Source: Anthoceros angustus
Lineage: Eukaryota; Plantae; Anthocerotophyta
Length of the DNA: 64,000 nt
Direction of reading: 5' to 3'
Assembly (NCBI GenBank): GCA_010909165.1
Contig: MU008224.1
Location: 59,444 to 123,443 of the forward strand
Shown: piece by piece, positions 13,320 through 25,689 of the stretch
Layout: each line of letters opens with the position of its first letter
Numbering within the stretch: the first letter of the stretch is position 1
Program-made: the position numbers and the translations under genes
The notes under the pieces: generated by a model
The model's database searches: none
The model's input: the letters and a program-made list of their open reading frames with translations, nothing else
Told to the model about the DNA's origin: nothing

Positions 13320-15770
13320 CAGCTTGTTCTGGTATTAGGAAATGCTCGGTACGTCGTAAGAAACAAGTGGCTCGTACACTAGCCAATCAGTTTTTATGCC
13401 TTACTAGTGCATATACGGCAGAATGTCTGGTTCGTCACCTACCTCTTCTCAAGTTGTATCAGCCAGGAGCTACAAAGGATGCAAAAGAGATCCAACTGGG
13501 AGCATTGTTGTTGAAGAATGTGCTGCAATTGTGTGAGGTCATTCATGTCACAACCATACATGCCGTGCATTTGCTTGGATCCAAGAATGGAGTCATAACC
13601 AAATTTGTTTCGGTGGTTTACCTCTGTCTTTTCAATGAGTCAAAAACTTCTGTGAACAACATGATCAACACTTGCATAAGAGTTGGGTGCACCAGCAGAG
13701 ATGTTTTGCTGTAGGTACTCCACCACATCTGCAGCATTTTCCATTCTGCCAGCAGTAGGGGATGACTCTGCAGCTCGAAGAGCATGCTTCAAGATGGCAC
13801 CAGCACCATCGTGCTCCCCCTTCCTGTGGCCACTTTCGAAAAAAGACCAAAGAATGTTACACCCACTTGTAATGCTAGGATACCGAGCAATGAAGTAGTT
13901 AGGGCAACACGCTTTGAATCGGTGCCCCATCTGACCAGCACAAGTGTTCTCGAGGTTGAGGGAATCCCATATCCTGCATCCACTACCACTGTTTTTAGCG
14001 AGTAGCACAAATAAGTGTCATGGACCATGTCGTCGCTAATATAAAAGTGATAGTCTTCTCAATTGATGCGCCAGGGTCCTCTGCATCAACAGGGCCATTG
14101 CCCTTGTAAAAAACCAACACCAAAATAATAGCTCGTGGATTACGCGGTGCATGGATTGAAACTCATTCTGGACCCCAAATGCATAATTCTGAGCAAAATC
14201 CATCAATGAAACCACAACACCCTGTGGGAACCATTCGAGACAATATCTAAACTCTATCCCCAGCCAACGCTGGATGTAATCATGAAATGCAAACTCCTTC
14301 AGCCTTACCTTCAGTTAGTAGACAAACACAAAAGGATGTGTTTCTCTCGACACTAGTTTGATCCTTTTCTTGTCGTTGCTATCAGCATCCTTTCTGACTA
14401 CCTCATATTGAAAACAGTGCCACTTAAGAAGAGCATCTGCCTGAATATTAGCACATGTCTGTGAAGGGCATTAGGGAAGTGTGTTGAGACTACACCTGTC
14501 ACATGTTCCTAGCAAGCATGCCAGGGAATGCCAGGGAGCATCCTCACCCTTTGCACAAAGAACACGCTCACATAGCATCCGGACTGAAGCCAAATAAGTG
14601 GAGGCAGTGTTACAAGTAAGCGCTTCTGAGCCGAAAGGATGAGCACACATCAAACATGAACAATGACACTGGCCACGGGGGTGAACTCTAGAGACTGTGT
14701 CCTAGAGGTTATCGAAGGCATCTTTAAGGAATGCCATTTCCACATGGTACCGACAGCAGCGGAGAGTGCATTCTTGCAAGCTCTTAACAAAGAACGGCTT
14801 TCAATTTCTTGAATGACCGTTACCAGACTTGTATTTCTGGGTGTTCTTGACAAAAGCGAAGGTAGAACTCCGTCTGCACAGGCCACATAAGCCCAAACTA
14901 ATTAGCCTCAGAAACCTTGCCGGTGAAAGCAAATAGCACCCACCAATGGAGGCCACATGGACTCGCCTGATCACATGTGTGCATATAAGAATGGGGTCAA
15001 ACATGCAAGCCAAGTGACTATGTGACATAAATGCAAAGCACAACAATAGCACTGACATGTAACACACCCAGGTCCAGCTATCTCTGTTTGGCAGTATAGC
15101 AGGGTCATCGCCTAAAGTGCCCAATAGGAAGTCATCCCACGGTTCTATAAGGAAGGAAAACACAAACAAATTAGAAACAGCCAAGACACGTCCTTGAGAA
15201 CAACAACAACCTTCACACAAAACTCGAAACCTAGCAAGCCAGACTTCCACATTACGTACTTGAGAACAGCAACAGCCTATAGACAACACTTGAAACTCAG
15301 TAAGTCAGACTTCCATGTTACGTACCTGAGAACAATAGCAGCCTTCACACCAAACTTGAAACCCAGCAAGCTAAACTTCCACTTCACTGTAAACGGGAAG
15401 AACCAATTGCAGATTGCTACACGTACCTGTGACATGTCCAAAAAGTGCATGATGTGTTTGATGAAAGTTTTCGGTGCTGTTCGCAACCACTTAGTATCTT
15501 TTGTGTTCAACGAAGGATGTGAAGGTGATTCCCAAAAGTGGACGATGCTGGATTTGACATGCGGCGAAAGGATGTCAGATCTTGATTTCCTTCTATCACC
15601 CAACCAAGATCCCTCACCAGAGACATGCCCTTCCCGCCTTGTGCTTAGGGCTTGATGGATCTGCCTCCTGCTCACTCCAATACGCTGCGAAACCGTAGCA
15701 ACAAGGTGGTTGTCTTGGATATCTTGTGATAAAATGACGTTGAGAAGTGTGTTGAGACTACACATCACAT
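13320..15770 (-). pseudogene. Longest contiguous frameshifted transposase segment of the Sola-like block, probably with an intron at about 14900-15430
   Basis: Reads from ...RKSRSDILSPHVKSSIVHFW..FLDMSQ| through TEFYLRFCQEHPEIQV..RSFKKLK and CLLGTCDRC to the DDD core and C-terminal ILGSKQMHG...LFCILC. Many indels. 14480..15740 is repeated at 15742..16940. Confidence 0.6.
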
Positions 15771-18700
15771 GTTCCTAGCAAGCATGCTGTGGAATGCCGA
15801 GCATCCTCACCCTTTGCACAAAGAACACGCTCACATAGCATCCGGAGCCAAATAAGTGGAGGCAGTGTTACAAGTAAGCGCTTGGCCGATGATGAGCACA
15901 CATCAAACATGAACAATGACATCACACGGGGTGAACTCTAGAGACTGTGTCCTAGAGGTTATCGAAGGCATCTTTAAGGAATGCCATTTCCACATGGTAC
16001 CAAGCAGAGAGTGCATTCTTGCAAGCTCTTAACAAAGAACGGCTTTCAATTTCTTGAATGACCGTTACCAGACTTGTATTTCGGTGTTCTTGACAAAGCG
16101 AAGGTAGAACTCCGTCTGCAGCCACATAAGCCCAAACTAATTAGCCTCGAAACCTTGCGGTGAAAGCAAATAGCACCCACCAATGGAGGCCACATGGACT
16201 CGCGATCACATGTGTGCATATAAGAATGGGGTCAAACATGCAAGCCAAGTGACTATGTGACATAAATGCAAAGCACAACAATAGCAATCGACATGTAACA
16301 CACCAGTCCTATCTCTGCTTGGCGATAGCGGTCATCGCCTAAAGTGCCCAATAGGAAGTCATCCCACGGTTCTATAAGGAAGGAAAACACAAACAAATTA
16401 GAAACAGCCAAGACACGTCCTTGAGAACAACAACAACCTTCACAAAACTCGAAACCTAGCCGGACTTCCACATTACGTGCATTTGAGAACAAAGACCTAT
16501 AGACAACACTTGAAACTCGATGAAGTCGACTTCCATGTTACGTGAGAACAATAGCAGCCTTCACACCAAACTTGAAACCCAAGAACTTCCACTTCACGTA
16601 ACGGAAGAACCAATTGCATTGCTACGTGCACGACATGTCCAAAAGTGCATGATGTGTTTGATGAAAGTTTTCGGTGCTGTTCGCAACCACTTAGTATCTT
16701 TTGTGTTCAACGAAGGATGTGAAGGTGATTCCCAAAAGTGGACGATGCTGGATTTGACATGCGGCGAAAGGATGTCAGATCTTGATTTCCTTCTATCACC
16801 CAACCAAGATCCCTCACCAGAGACATGCCCTTCCCGCCTTGTGCTTAGGGCTTGATGGATCTGCCTCCTGCTCACTCCAATACGCTGCGAAACCGTAGCA
16901 ACAAGGTGGTTGTCTTGGATATCTTGTGATAAAATGACGTTGAACAGTGTGTTCCTTGCTCGCAAATGGTCACCAACATGAATTGCCTTCAAGTTTGTGC
17001 AAGCCTCAATTCCTGAATGAAGCTATGGCCTCTTTTGTTCAATCAAGTTATCTTTGTGTTGAATCCTCTCCTAGGTTTGTTCATAGGAAAAGGTGTCCGG
17101 CGTATTAGCTGAGAGGTACGAAGATGGTCTTCTGGCATCCAGCTAGAGGAGCTTCTGGACGAAGGTTGGAGGACGGGGATAGCAATGGTCTGCACGGTAT
17201 ATGTGCAGCCCTTGGGCAGTGGGTTGCCACTAGACTACGATCCCAAGCTTGTTTAGTTGAGAATGATCATCATCTCGTAAGCCCTCATGTTTGAGGCAAT
17301 TTGACTAGTGGAGTCCTTGGGCAGTAGGTAGCAAGAGAGAGGCCGAACATCTATTGACTGTGTGTGTATGGCCTCGTGCTAACAACTCATGTTCAAAACC
17401 GTATGTCTTACATGTGTGAATGTATACCTAACAGGCCCTTGGTTTGGGTTCGTGTGAATCCACACTTAATGAAATATAATAAAATTTTCTTTTCTCTAAA
17501 CCATTCCGTCCACAAATATTTGAACACTACCCTAATGCAACCTATTTGTTTTATTTAGAGTAGAGGAGTTTAGGTAAAGCCGATTCGCCCGCAAGGATTA
17601 CGCTCCCGGTGGTACATGGAACGCCGGCACCCGAGATGGTGAAACCGAACGGTGCAGCGGACTGGTCTCGCTGTGGCATGAATGTAGGATCGCTAGGTGA
17701 TATGGGTCCCACATGCTTTGGGAAGGATGCTCAATCCCTTTGTCTGGATATATTTGTTCTTTTCTTAGTACCTACTTTGTGTGAGCAGTTTTAGCCCCAG
17801 TCGTACAGAACGGGGTCACCCCAGCAAGAACGGGAAGGACAGGACGAGGAATGAACAAAACGGACAAAAAGATCAAGCCTCCTACGGAACACCGTGCGCG
17901 GAACGACCGGTCGTGGGCGGCAAGGACGGCACATACCATACCGTTCGTTGCATCGCTGGACCGCCCCTGAAGTTCGCGGCCAGAATAGTTGCACTTTCCT
18001 TTCCTGGCCGAAGCGTAGCTGCCGCCACTGGCCGGTTCCCGTTCCGGAATCCGGATCCCCCTATTCCCAGCCGCGGCTGGCGCGAGGATATAAGGCTGGC
18101 GTGAGATGAGCATGGATGATGGGAGTTCGTCCCGCCGCTCTTCGTCTTCGCTCCCGCGCGCCTCGAATGCTGAAGGTGGCCGGGCTATTCCGCCTCCCGC
18201 CGACTCGTGTCCTGCATTCCGCGGCCTCTCCGCTCGCCGGTCCCTGCCCCTGCAGCCCCAGTCCCAACCCCAGCTCTCCGCCCTCCCGTAGGGAACCCCA
18301 GCTACGCAATTGCCTTCCGCCCCCTCAATCCTGCCCTTCTTGAGGCCCGCACAATTGGCCTAGATCGTGAATTGCGGTAGGTGGCGGAGGCAATTACGGC
18401 TTGTGGCGGAATTGCCGCAATTACGGTTCTTCCTGGTACATACGCTTGTCTCACGCTTGGGCTCCGGCTCCTTTGTGGAATGCTCGCAGGCTGTGCTTGT
18501 CTGGATGTTGGACCGATATGGTCTGCGGTTGATTATTTGGAGCTCATGACGATTGTCCTTCTGCTGCTCTCCCTGCTTCTTTCAGGTTGCGAAACTGCCT
18601 GCGGCGCACCGCTTGCGATTCAAGCGGCAATTGGCGCATCAATTGGTCTTTGCGAGGGCGTGTTGAGTGCGTGTTGAGTGCGGTAGTGCAAGGGTGCTCG

Positions 18701-18917
18701 CGTCGGGCAACACGGGCAAAGAAATGAGGCACAGGGCAGATTTTGATCCAAGCAGGGACCCCTGGGAGGCGCGTCAAGTCGGTAGGTGCCGTTTACTTTG
18801 CAAGCAAGCCTGGCACGTCGGCGCAAGCAGGCAGTGGAACAAGGCGCCGCTGGTTGCATGCAGTCTCATGTGATGCATGTGTGGTGATGGACACACTTGA
18901 CCTTTTTGCGCATGCAG

Positions 18918-20149
18918 GGGCGTCGGCTGTCGACTGGGATATTCCCTCCATCAGCTACCAGAGGGACACGTCCTATGATGACTTTGAAAACATAATGCAG
19001 TGGGATGATTCTGGGGCCCTGGAGGCGCTGGCTTTAGCAGAGACGAGACAGCGGGCTATGGACCAGGGTCTTCCTTGCCGTTCTTTTTTACCTAGGTCTG
19101 GTTTGTACCTTGCGCACATTGACTGGGAGCAGCGGGAGACATGGGATTTGCCGGATTCGGCTGATAGCTTAGCTGCCATGGAGGAAAAGCGGCGTAACAG
19201 CAATGGCGGGAGCAGCTACGGCAAGTGGAAGAACCAGGATGCTCGCCATCGTAGCAACGAGTTTCGTGCTTATGACCGAAGTCAGGAGTTTAAAACCGAG
19301 GGTCTCGTGCAGAGGTCACCTGTGCTATGGGGTGATGCACCTCATGTTCCTACTGCTTGGGGTGATGCACCTCATGTTCCTACTGCTTGGGGTGATGCAC
19401 CTCATGTTCCTACTGCTTGGGGTGATGCACCTCATGTTCCTACTGCTTGGGGTGATGCACCTCATGTTCCTACTGGGTGGGGTGATGCACCTCCTGTTCC
19501 TACTGGTTGGGGTGATGGACCTCCTGTTCCTACTGGTTGGGGTGATGCTCCTTCTGTTCCTTCTGGTTGGGGTGATGCACCTATTGTTCCTACTGGTTGG
19601 GGTGATGTTCCAGTGGAGAAATCCCCACCTCCTAGTACCGCTGGAGGCTGGACAGATGGTAGTTCTCAAGGCTTACCAGGTGGGTGGTGCATTGTTCATC
19701 CTTCTGGCAACAAAATTGTGCTGCTTCCCACCCCATATGCATGTCTGTTGCTGTCTGGTTGGCTGATGGTGTTGATTGTATCTGTGCTTGCACCCGTGTC
19801 TGCTCAGCTCTTGGATTCGTAAGTGAGTTCGATGCCACCGCTGATTGTGGTTGATACTGAGCAGAGGGTGAACTAGTAGCATTGGTTGTTATGGTCCTTC
19901 TGTTGCATAGGTTGGTTGCCGACGTTAACATGTTTATACATTCCAGGTGGTTGCAGATATGAAGCTCCACACTCCAGCTGGGGAGGGAAATGTGATGTGG
20001 ATCAGCGGAGGAGTAGACAAAAGACTGTTAGGGATAGTGGCAACGATGTTAGGGATCGGGGGAATGCGAAACCTCGTTCTTGTAATGTCTGGAAGCAGAA
20101 GTGGCAGCCTGTCGCCAATTTCAGTCATGGTCGAGGAGTTCACTCCTAA
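18918..20149 (+). CDS. Uncharacterised plant-family protein (WDDS..EA....R..A...GLP......LY...IDW domain) with ten tandem WG repeats; 5' exon(s) near 18380-18720 unresolved
   Basis: Exon about 18918-19679 after a TGCAG acceptor, GT intron 19680-19946, last exon to stop 20149. The domain IMQWDDSGALEALALAETRQRAMDQGLPCRSFLPRSGLYLAHIDWE resembles a land-plant family recalled from memory (WDDSAGEEAF.NAK.RFWA.INGLPC...PDPD.YID.IDW). Confidence 0.6.
19328..19612 (+). repeat. Coding 30-bp tandem repeat x10 (WGDAPHVPTA/G)
   Basis: Unit TGGGGTGATGCACCTCATGTTCCTACTGCT. The first four units are identical, the fifth changes at its end and the 3' units diverge. Confidence 0.95.
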
Positions 20150-23100
20150 TCTGAGCTGGCGATGATATGGTTGTGAACTGCTTATGTTACGGGAGGGGCT
20201 TTGCTCAGCATCAGCATCAGTATCACTTGATCTCAGTATTGCTATTTTTCGTATACAATCACAGCCGGACGGTCTATTACTGGCAAACAGCGTTGCAGAG
20301 GAGGGTACAATGGTGTGCAGTCAAGGTTTGGGGAGGTATATTTCGGGCAACATCAAGGCTTTCTAATTGTCATCTACGAGCACATCGAGCCTATCCTACT
20401 ACATAGTACTGTGGCAAACAGCGTTTTAGAGGAAGCTACTGTGGTGTGCATTCATTATATACGCAAAGGAGGTACACAGGATTCCTGGGGTCATATTAGC
20501 TGGTGTAGACCTGTGAACTACTGATTAAGTACTGTGATGAAGTACTGATTAGTGTGGAGTTGCGATAAACGACGATGAGGTTGGGACTGATTAACCCCAG
20601 TGTGTCGAATCGACTCAATTTCAGTCTTGCAGCACACATTTTGGGCCATCTTTTTTTTGTCCTGCCGATTCTGGAGTTGGGACTTCTGAGCAGACTTTGC
20701 CGTGATCTTTTCCCGCATGCTCAACTTTGCAGAAGAAATAGGTTTATGAATTGTCCTATGCAACATACCCAGATCAAAGATATTCCAAAAAGCTCTTGGC
20801 CCACGGTGGTTCTCTCTCTGGTGAGACTTTATCTGGTAACTAAAACGCCAGCATCTATATTTACTCTCGGGCCCCGTGCTCCCCTTGCTTAAACCTGTCC
20901 ACCATTCTCCTCCCGGGCGTGGGCAGTCGGTAGGCCGCTTGCAACCTTTCTCCTCCCCGGGCATGGGCAGTCCCGGTATTGGTAGTCGGCAGTAAGCGAT
21001 GCGGAATGGGGTCCGGCATTGGCGGGCCTGCGTCTCAATCTCCGACGAAATAATGATTCGCGCGTGTAACATCCTCTGTGTCCCGTGTCCTGCCCATAGC
21101 GACTTAATGCGCACTCTCGTTGAGTAGGCACACAGGAGAGACATATGATATTATATCTTCCTCAATCCGATTGGCATTCCAGGGTATTCTTTACCGTGCC
21201 CCCCCTCTCGCAACCGTGCGTGGGTCTTACAACCCGGCGCGGTTTCAACTTTTCAGATGATGTGGCGAGGAGGGTTGGGGGGAGGAGATGAGCGGGGAGC
21301 TATGGCATTATCAATCCAGAGAGCACCCAGACAGCCAGTCCGAGACTGGTGACCATTCTGGATTAAATAAATTTGAGGCCAGATACAGCTTGCTCTTTCA
21401 ACCCGGGACAAGTTGTATGCCAGCGTTTCAACCCCGGACAAGGTGTGTGGCGGGCACACACGCGGGGAGCCAATAGTTGAGTCTTCTCACGACAATCCAC
21501 ATGTGCCTGTCGTAAACGGAGGGAGGCCAGGATGCGTTTTTTCGCTTGAAGCGGGTGACCTCGCTTGTGTTTTGTTGAAGTCTCAATAAGGCTGATTTTG
21601 ATATGTAATTTGAATCCGGTGTGGATTGAAGGCCGTAGGTGACCTCTGTTTTGTTAAAGCCTCAATGAGACTGATTTCGATATGTGATGTGAATCTGGTG
21701 TGGATTGAAGGCCGTAGGGCCTGGTTTTTAGTCTATGAGGCTCTCACCGGGCTGGGCCAGGCTCATAGATTGCATGCTGAGAATTGCAAGCAGGGCAGAC
21801 CGGGGTACTCACGGCCCTAAGACAACTCAGCTCAAGAACGGGAGCTCATCCTCGCCTTATGCACAAGTCGCCTTGCAAAGGCGATTACATAAAGGTTGAA
21901 CGCGATAGCCAGGGCTATCATCCCATACCAAGAACATCAATTTTGAGCCAACCTTCTTAATACTACAAACCTTAAAGATAGGGATTCAATTATTGGCAAA
22001 ATTTATTAGCGTCTGATAAGAAGAGTATCAAGAGTTATGCTTGATAAAGTCATTAGCAATCACCCAACTCATCCTAGTTCAGACCAAGGGGACAACAAAA
22101 TATAACAAGTAAGGAATTATCTTTTTAAAAATGTTTAATAAGGATTTATTCTATATATTTAAAAAATTTAATATTCTTAAATGTATTCAAAAGTCAACCG
22201 TGGGTTTGGGTTTGAGCGGTCATGGGCGTTAGAAGACGATCCGAGTCGTGAAAGGGAAGGCGTGAGGCCATCATGACAGGCTGTTGCGATTTATAACAGC
22301 GCCACTGCTGGAAGCATGAAGGTTCAGAGGCCAATAGGACAAATCCACAAGCCAGCCAGCGCCAGGGGGTAACGCTGGCGCGAGGATGTGCAAGAGAAGC
22401 GGAGCCAAGCTAATCCAAGCGAAGGGAAGCAGCAACGGGAACAATTACACAGGGGAGGCGGATGGGCAAAGGATTGCCCGAGGAGGAAAGAATCCGCAAG
22501 TGAACTCTAGCCGTCGCACGTATCTATCCCGATCCACCACAGTTTCGTTTCCTGGCTGCTCGCGCTCGCCGGTTCCAGTCAGCTGACCGCCCTCCGGCTG
22601 GCTCCCCGACCCACAGAATTGCCTCAATCCTTCACTTATTGCCTACAGCACAATTGGGCTGGATCTTGAATACGGCAGTTGGCCTGGCGCGCATTTCCTG
22701 CCTGGTTGCCGCAAGTGGAATTGGCGAAATTGCGCTTCCTCCTGGTACATTTCCTCTTAGCACTGTGGATTCGGAATCCGCCTCACGCGTGCTCTTCTTG
22801 TTTGCATCATTCATGCTAGCCCGATTTTGGCTCTTCTTGCCGAAGGCTGTTTGCAGCTCAGGTGTGTTGACGTTTTTGATTCGTCTTTGCTTGCTCTTGG
22901 CATGTGAATTGTGGAAAAGGTTCCGTTGGCGTGTTGAGTGTGGTACTGAAAGAGAAGTGTGTGTCGAGCAGAAAGGGCAGCAAAATGTGGGGACGCTCGT
23001 CCAGGAATCGTTCAACTTCTCCTGATCCCCCTGTCCGCCGTCATTTCGGTACGTGCTGTGCTGTGGTTTTTGCAAGCAACCGTATATGGCAGGTCCGCGT

Positions 23101-23181
23101 GAAGCAGTTTTGTTGCAGCCTGTCTCAGCTGATGATGCATATGTTGGCAATACACTGAGATTTACCTTTCTGCTTATGTAG

Positions 23182-23943
23182 TTGGGTCGCGATTCTCAAG
23201 AGTGGATTGGGCTGACACGAGCCATGATGACGACATTGAGTCAGAGTACTTAACCAGTGAAGAGAGGGAACGCATCCTGCTGTGGGATGATTCTGCGGCC
23301 CAAGAGGCTCTGTCCTTGGCACAGGCGAGACAACAGGCAATAGACAGCGGTCTTCCTGTGCATGCCTCTGAACCTGAAGCTGGTTTGTACCATGCGCACA
23401 TTGACTGGGAGCGGCGAGAGTCATGGGAGGTACCGGACACAGCTGGGGCCCTACAAGCTGAGACCGATGGAGACCAGTATACCCGCTACGGGAACGTTAG
23501 ACAGGATCTAAAATATTGGCCCAAGCCTCCTAGTAGCGTTGGAGGCTGGGCAGAATGCTCTGCAGAATCTCAAGTCTTGCCAGGTGGGCCACTAGCAATC
23601 CTAATGCTTCTGAGAACCACTGAATTGAATGCTACAATTACAATCTACCCACCCATCACCATGCGCATGCCTACCCTGTTGCTGTCCAGTTTGCTTGGAT
23701 GCTTGTCTCTAATTTTGCACAACTGTGTCTGCTCAGCTCTGCTCATGATCAACTGAGTGAAAAGCTTTCCAGTCTTTTGCCACCGCTGACTCCGGTTGTT
23801 ATGGTCCAGATACAGCAGTAGCATTGCTTGTTATAGTCCTGAAAAGTTTTGTTGGTTAACGACATGGTACCCTTCTGTACAATTCAGGTGGTTCCAAACA
23901 TTGTTTGGAACATAATGCAGCTTGTCAAGATGATCGGATCTAG
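23182..23943 (+). CDS. Tandem paralogue of the 18918..20149 gene lacking the WG array; 5' exon(s) near 22680-23000 unresolved
   Basis: ILLWDDSAAQEALSLAQARQQAIDSGLPVHASEPEAGLYHAHIDWERRESW. Same intron position (LP|GG, intron 23584-23887), homologous intron and upstream sequence, short last exon ending TAG 23941-23943. Confidence 0.55.
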
Positions 23944-24963
23944 AGGGGGAGGAGGAACTGCTATAAAGCAGCGGAGGAGTGGGCAAAGGAAACCCGGGTC
24001 AAGTAACGCCTGGAAGCGGCGCTAGCAGTGGCAGCCTGTGGCCTAGTACCAGTGGAGGATCCGGACTTCTGGATATCCCCATTGGGATATCCCAATCACT
24101 TCTCATCTGGGCTGGCAGTGATATACACAGAAGTATACCGAGCATCACTAGGTCCTATCGCCTGTCTAGCTTAGCTGCAGCAGAGCTGTCCCTGCTTGAC
24201 GGGCAAAAAGCGTGTGGTTGGACTCCGCACGATGCCAGGAATTGTGGTGGATGTCAATGTGCCAAACTAGCTGGCTGCTACTAGCGAGCCGAACTCATGT
24301 CGTATTGAATTATCTCTTGTTTGCGTTGAAGTTGAATTAAATCTCCCATCCAGTCCGCTTGTGAGGCAGAAACCTTCTCGCTGGAAGGGTAGAAAGGGAC
24401 AAAATGCGTTAGTCTCCTGGCAATGCGCGTGTGTCTCGGACGGCAGGGGAATCGTTGACCGCATCACTCTATCTTGCTCCCGCGATCTCACACCCTCCAC
24501 GCTGCCTGCCTGGAAGGAAGTGCCAAACAAAGCCCGAGAAATGATGAATTCGGAGAAACACTTCAATTGGCCCAGGCTCTTGCCTCCTACGTGACTCGGC
24601 TCATGTTTCGAGCGATTTTAGTTTCCATCATCGATTTGCATGCTTTACATTTGCTACTGTGCAGTACTTATAGCTGTGCTTGCATTGCTGCAGCTCTAAA
24701 TTCGCCACGCCCACGTGGAAGTGGAAATTGGCAAGCGTGGAAGAAATGGACTCCAAATCACATTTTCTTTCCTTCAGTGAAAGACTTGCTGACATGCTTT
24801 TCAAAGCAGCGTTGAAGAGAAGGGAGGAAGTGTCAACAGTCTCAACTTCAAAGTAGATATCCCAATTCCACACCTATGAAGGAACATTTCTTAGAACAAA
24901 CTGTGAAACATATCAAGCTGAAAACCGAGAGAGCTCTCAAGGTTTGGAGCAATTGCTTGCAAG

Positions 24964-25689
24964 CTAGTAAGCTTCCTTCCTGCTGCGAGCGACACTCAAG
25001 ACTACACCTACAATTGCAGACACTCCCAAAACAATCCCCGTCATAAGGAGAGGCCTTCCGATCACCCCCTTCTCCTCACCACCTGCTGCTGCATCACCTT
25101 CCTCGGCAGCCTTGTCCGCTGCAGAACTAAAATCGTCCTTGGGCAGTCTGTTTTTGTTGCGAGCAACATCTTCTGCGGCCCTGGCCTTGGTCTTCTGTGC
25201 CCCCCCACTCACTGCTCTGTTGTCCTGCTCTTGCTCTCTCCTGCCCTTCTCCACGCCGGAGTCGAAGTCATCTTTGACTCTCTCCCCCGCCTTCTGTGCC
25301 CTTCCTCCCATTTCCTTAAGATTCTCCTTCCAATCCCTTGCCGTGCCCGCCAGGTTGTCCTTGGCTTCCCCAGCTTTGACAGCCAGTTTGTCCCCAGCGT
25401 CTTGAGCCCTTCCCTTCGCCTCTCCTGCCTTGCCAGCCAGGTTTCCTCCGGCGCTTTTCGCCTTGGCAGCCGCATTGTCCCCCAGTTCATCCGCCCTACC
25501 CTGGGCTTCGCCTCCTTTATTCGCCAGGTTCTGGCCCACTTTCTCCGTCTTCTCTGCCAGCCTATCTCCCGCTTGCTCCACCCTGCCTGTCGCGTCTCCT
25601 GCCGCCTCCGCTGCCTGCTCGCCTCCTCTGTTCACCACTTCCGCCCAAGTTGGCTTCTCTCCATTCTCATCTGCTCTACTCCCAATTTG
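24964..25689 (-). CDS. LEA-like hydrophilic repeat protein with C-terminal transmembrane tail (last exon; a candidate upstream exon ends at 25857)
   Basis: A/G/K/E/D-rich 11- and 18-residue repeats (AGGNLAGKAGEAKGRAQD, AGDKLAVKAGEAKDNL), then LLMTGIVLGVSAIVGVVLSVA and RSRKEAY*. Phase-0 acceptor at 25689 matches phase-0 donor AAG|GT at 25857. True start not determined. Confidence 0.7.
   Translation of the reverse strand, partial: QIGSRADENGEKPTWAEVVNRGGEQAAEAAGDATGRVEQAGDRLAEKTEKVGQNLANKGGEAQGRADELGDNAAAKAKSAGGNLAGKAGEAKGRAQDAGDKLAVKAGEAKDNLAGTARDWKENLKEMGGRAQKAGERVKDDFDSGVEKGRREQEQDNRAVSGGAQKTKARAAEDVARNKNRLPKDDFSSAADKAAEEGDAAAGGEEKGVIGRPLLMTGIVLGVSAIVGVVLSVARSRKEAY

Larger units (their letters stand above)
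6560..17340 (-). mobile_element. Sola-like DDD DNA transposon block, decayed and internally duplicated/shuffled
   Basis: Minus-strand fragments carry MDFAQNY...QSMHW, WSDGAASRFK and FFESGHRKGEHDGAGAILK, which I recall as Sola-type transposase motifs (subgroup uncertain). Sub-segments recur 2-4 times. TIRs and TSD were not found, so the ends are approximate. Confidence 0.65.

Noticed and set aside
13133-13714. 193-aa + strand ORF as a passenger gene
   Set aside because: It is antisense to the transposase C-terminus and partly repeated at 8811-9005; no independent evidence of coding.
19328-19612. 30-bp repeats as a CRISPR array
   Set aside because: Units are contiguous with no unique spacers, are in frame inside an exon, and no cas genes are present in this eukaryotic context.
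20167-22300. Short degenerate tandem duplications (about 20272/20403, 20905/20950, 21585/21660) and ORFs such as 20518..21144
   Set aside because: No domain or element boundaries recognised; ordinary intergenic or decayed repeat sequence.
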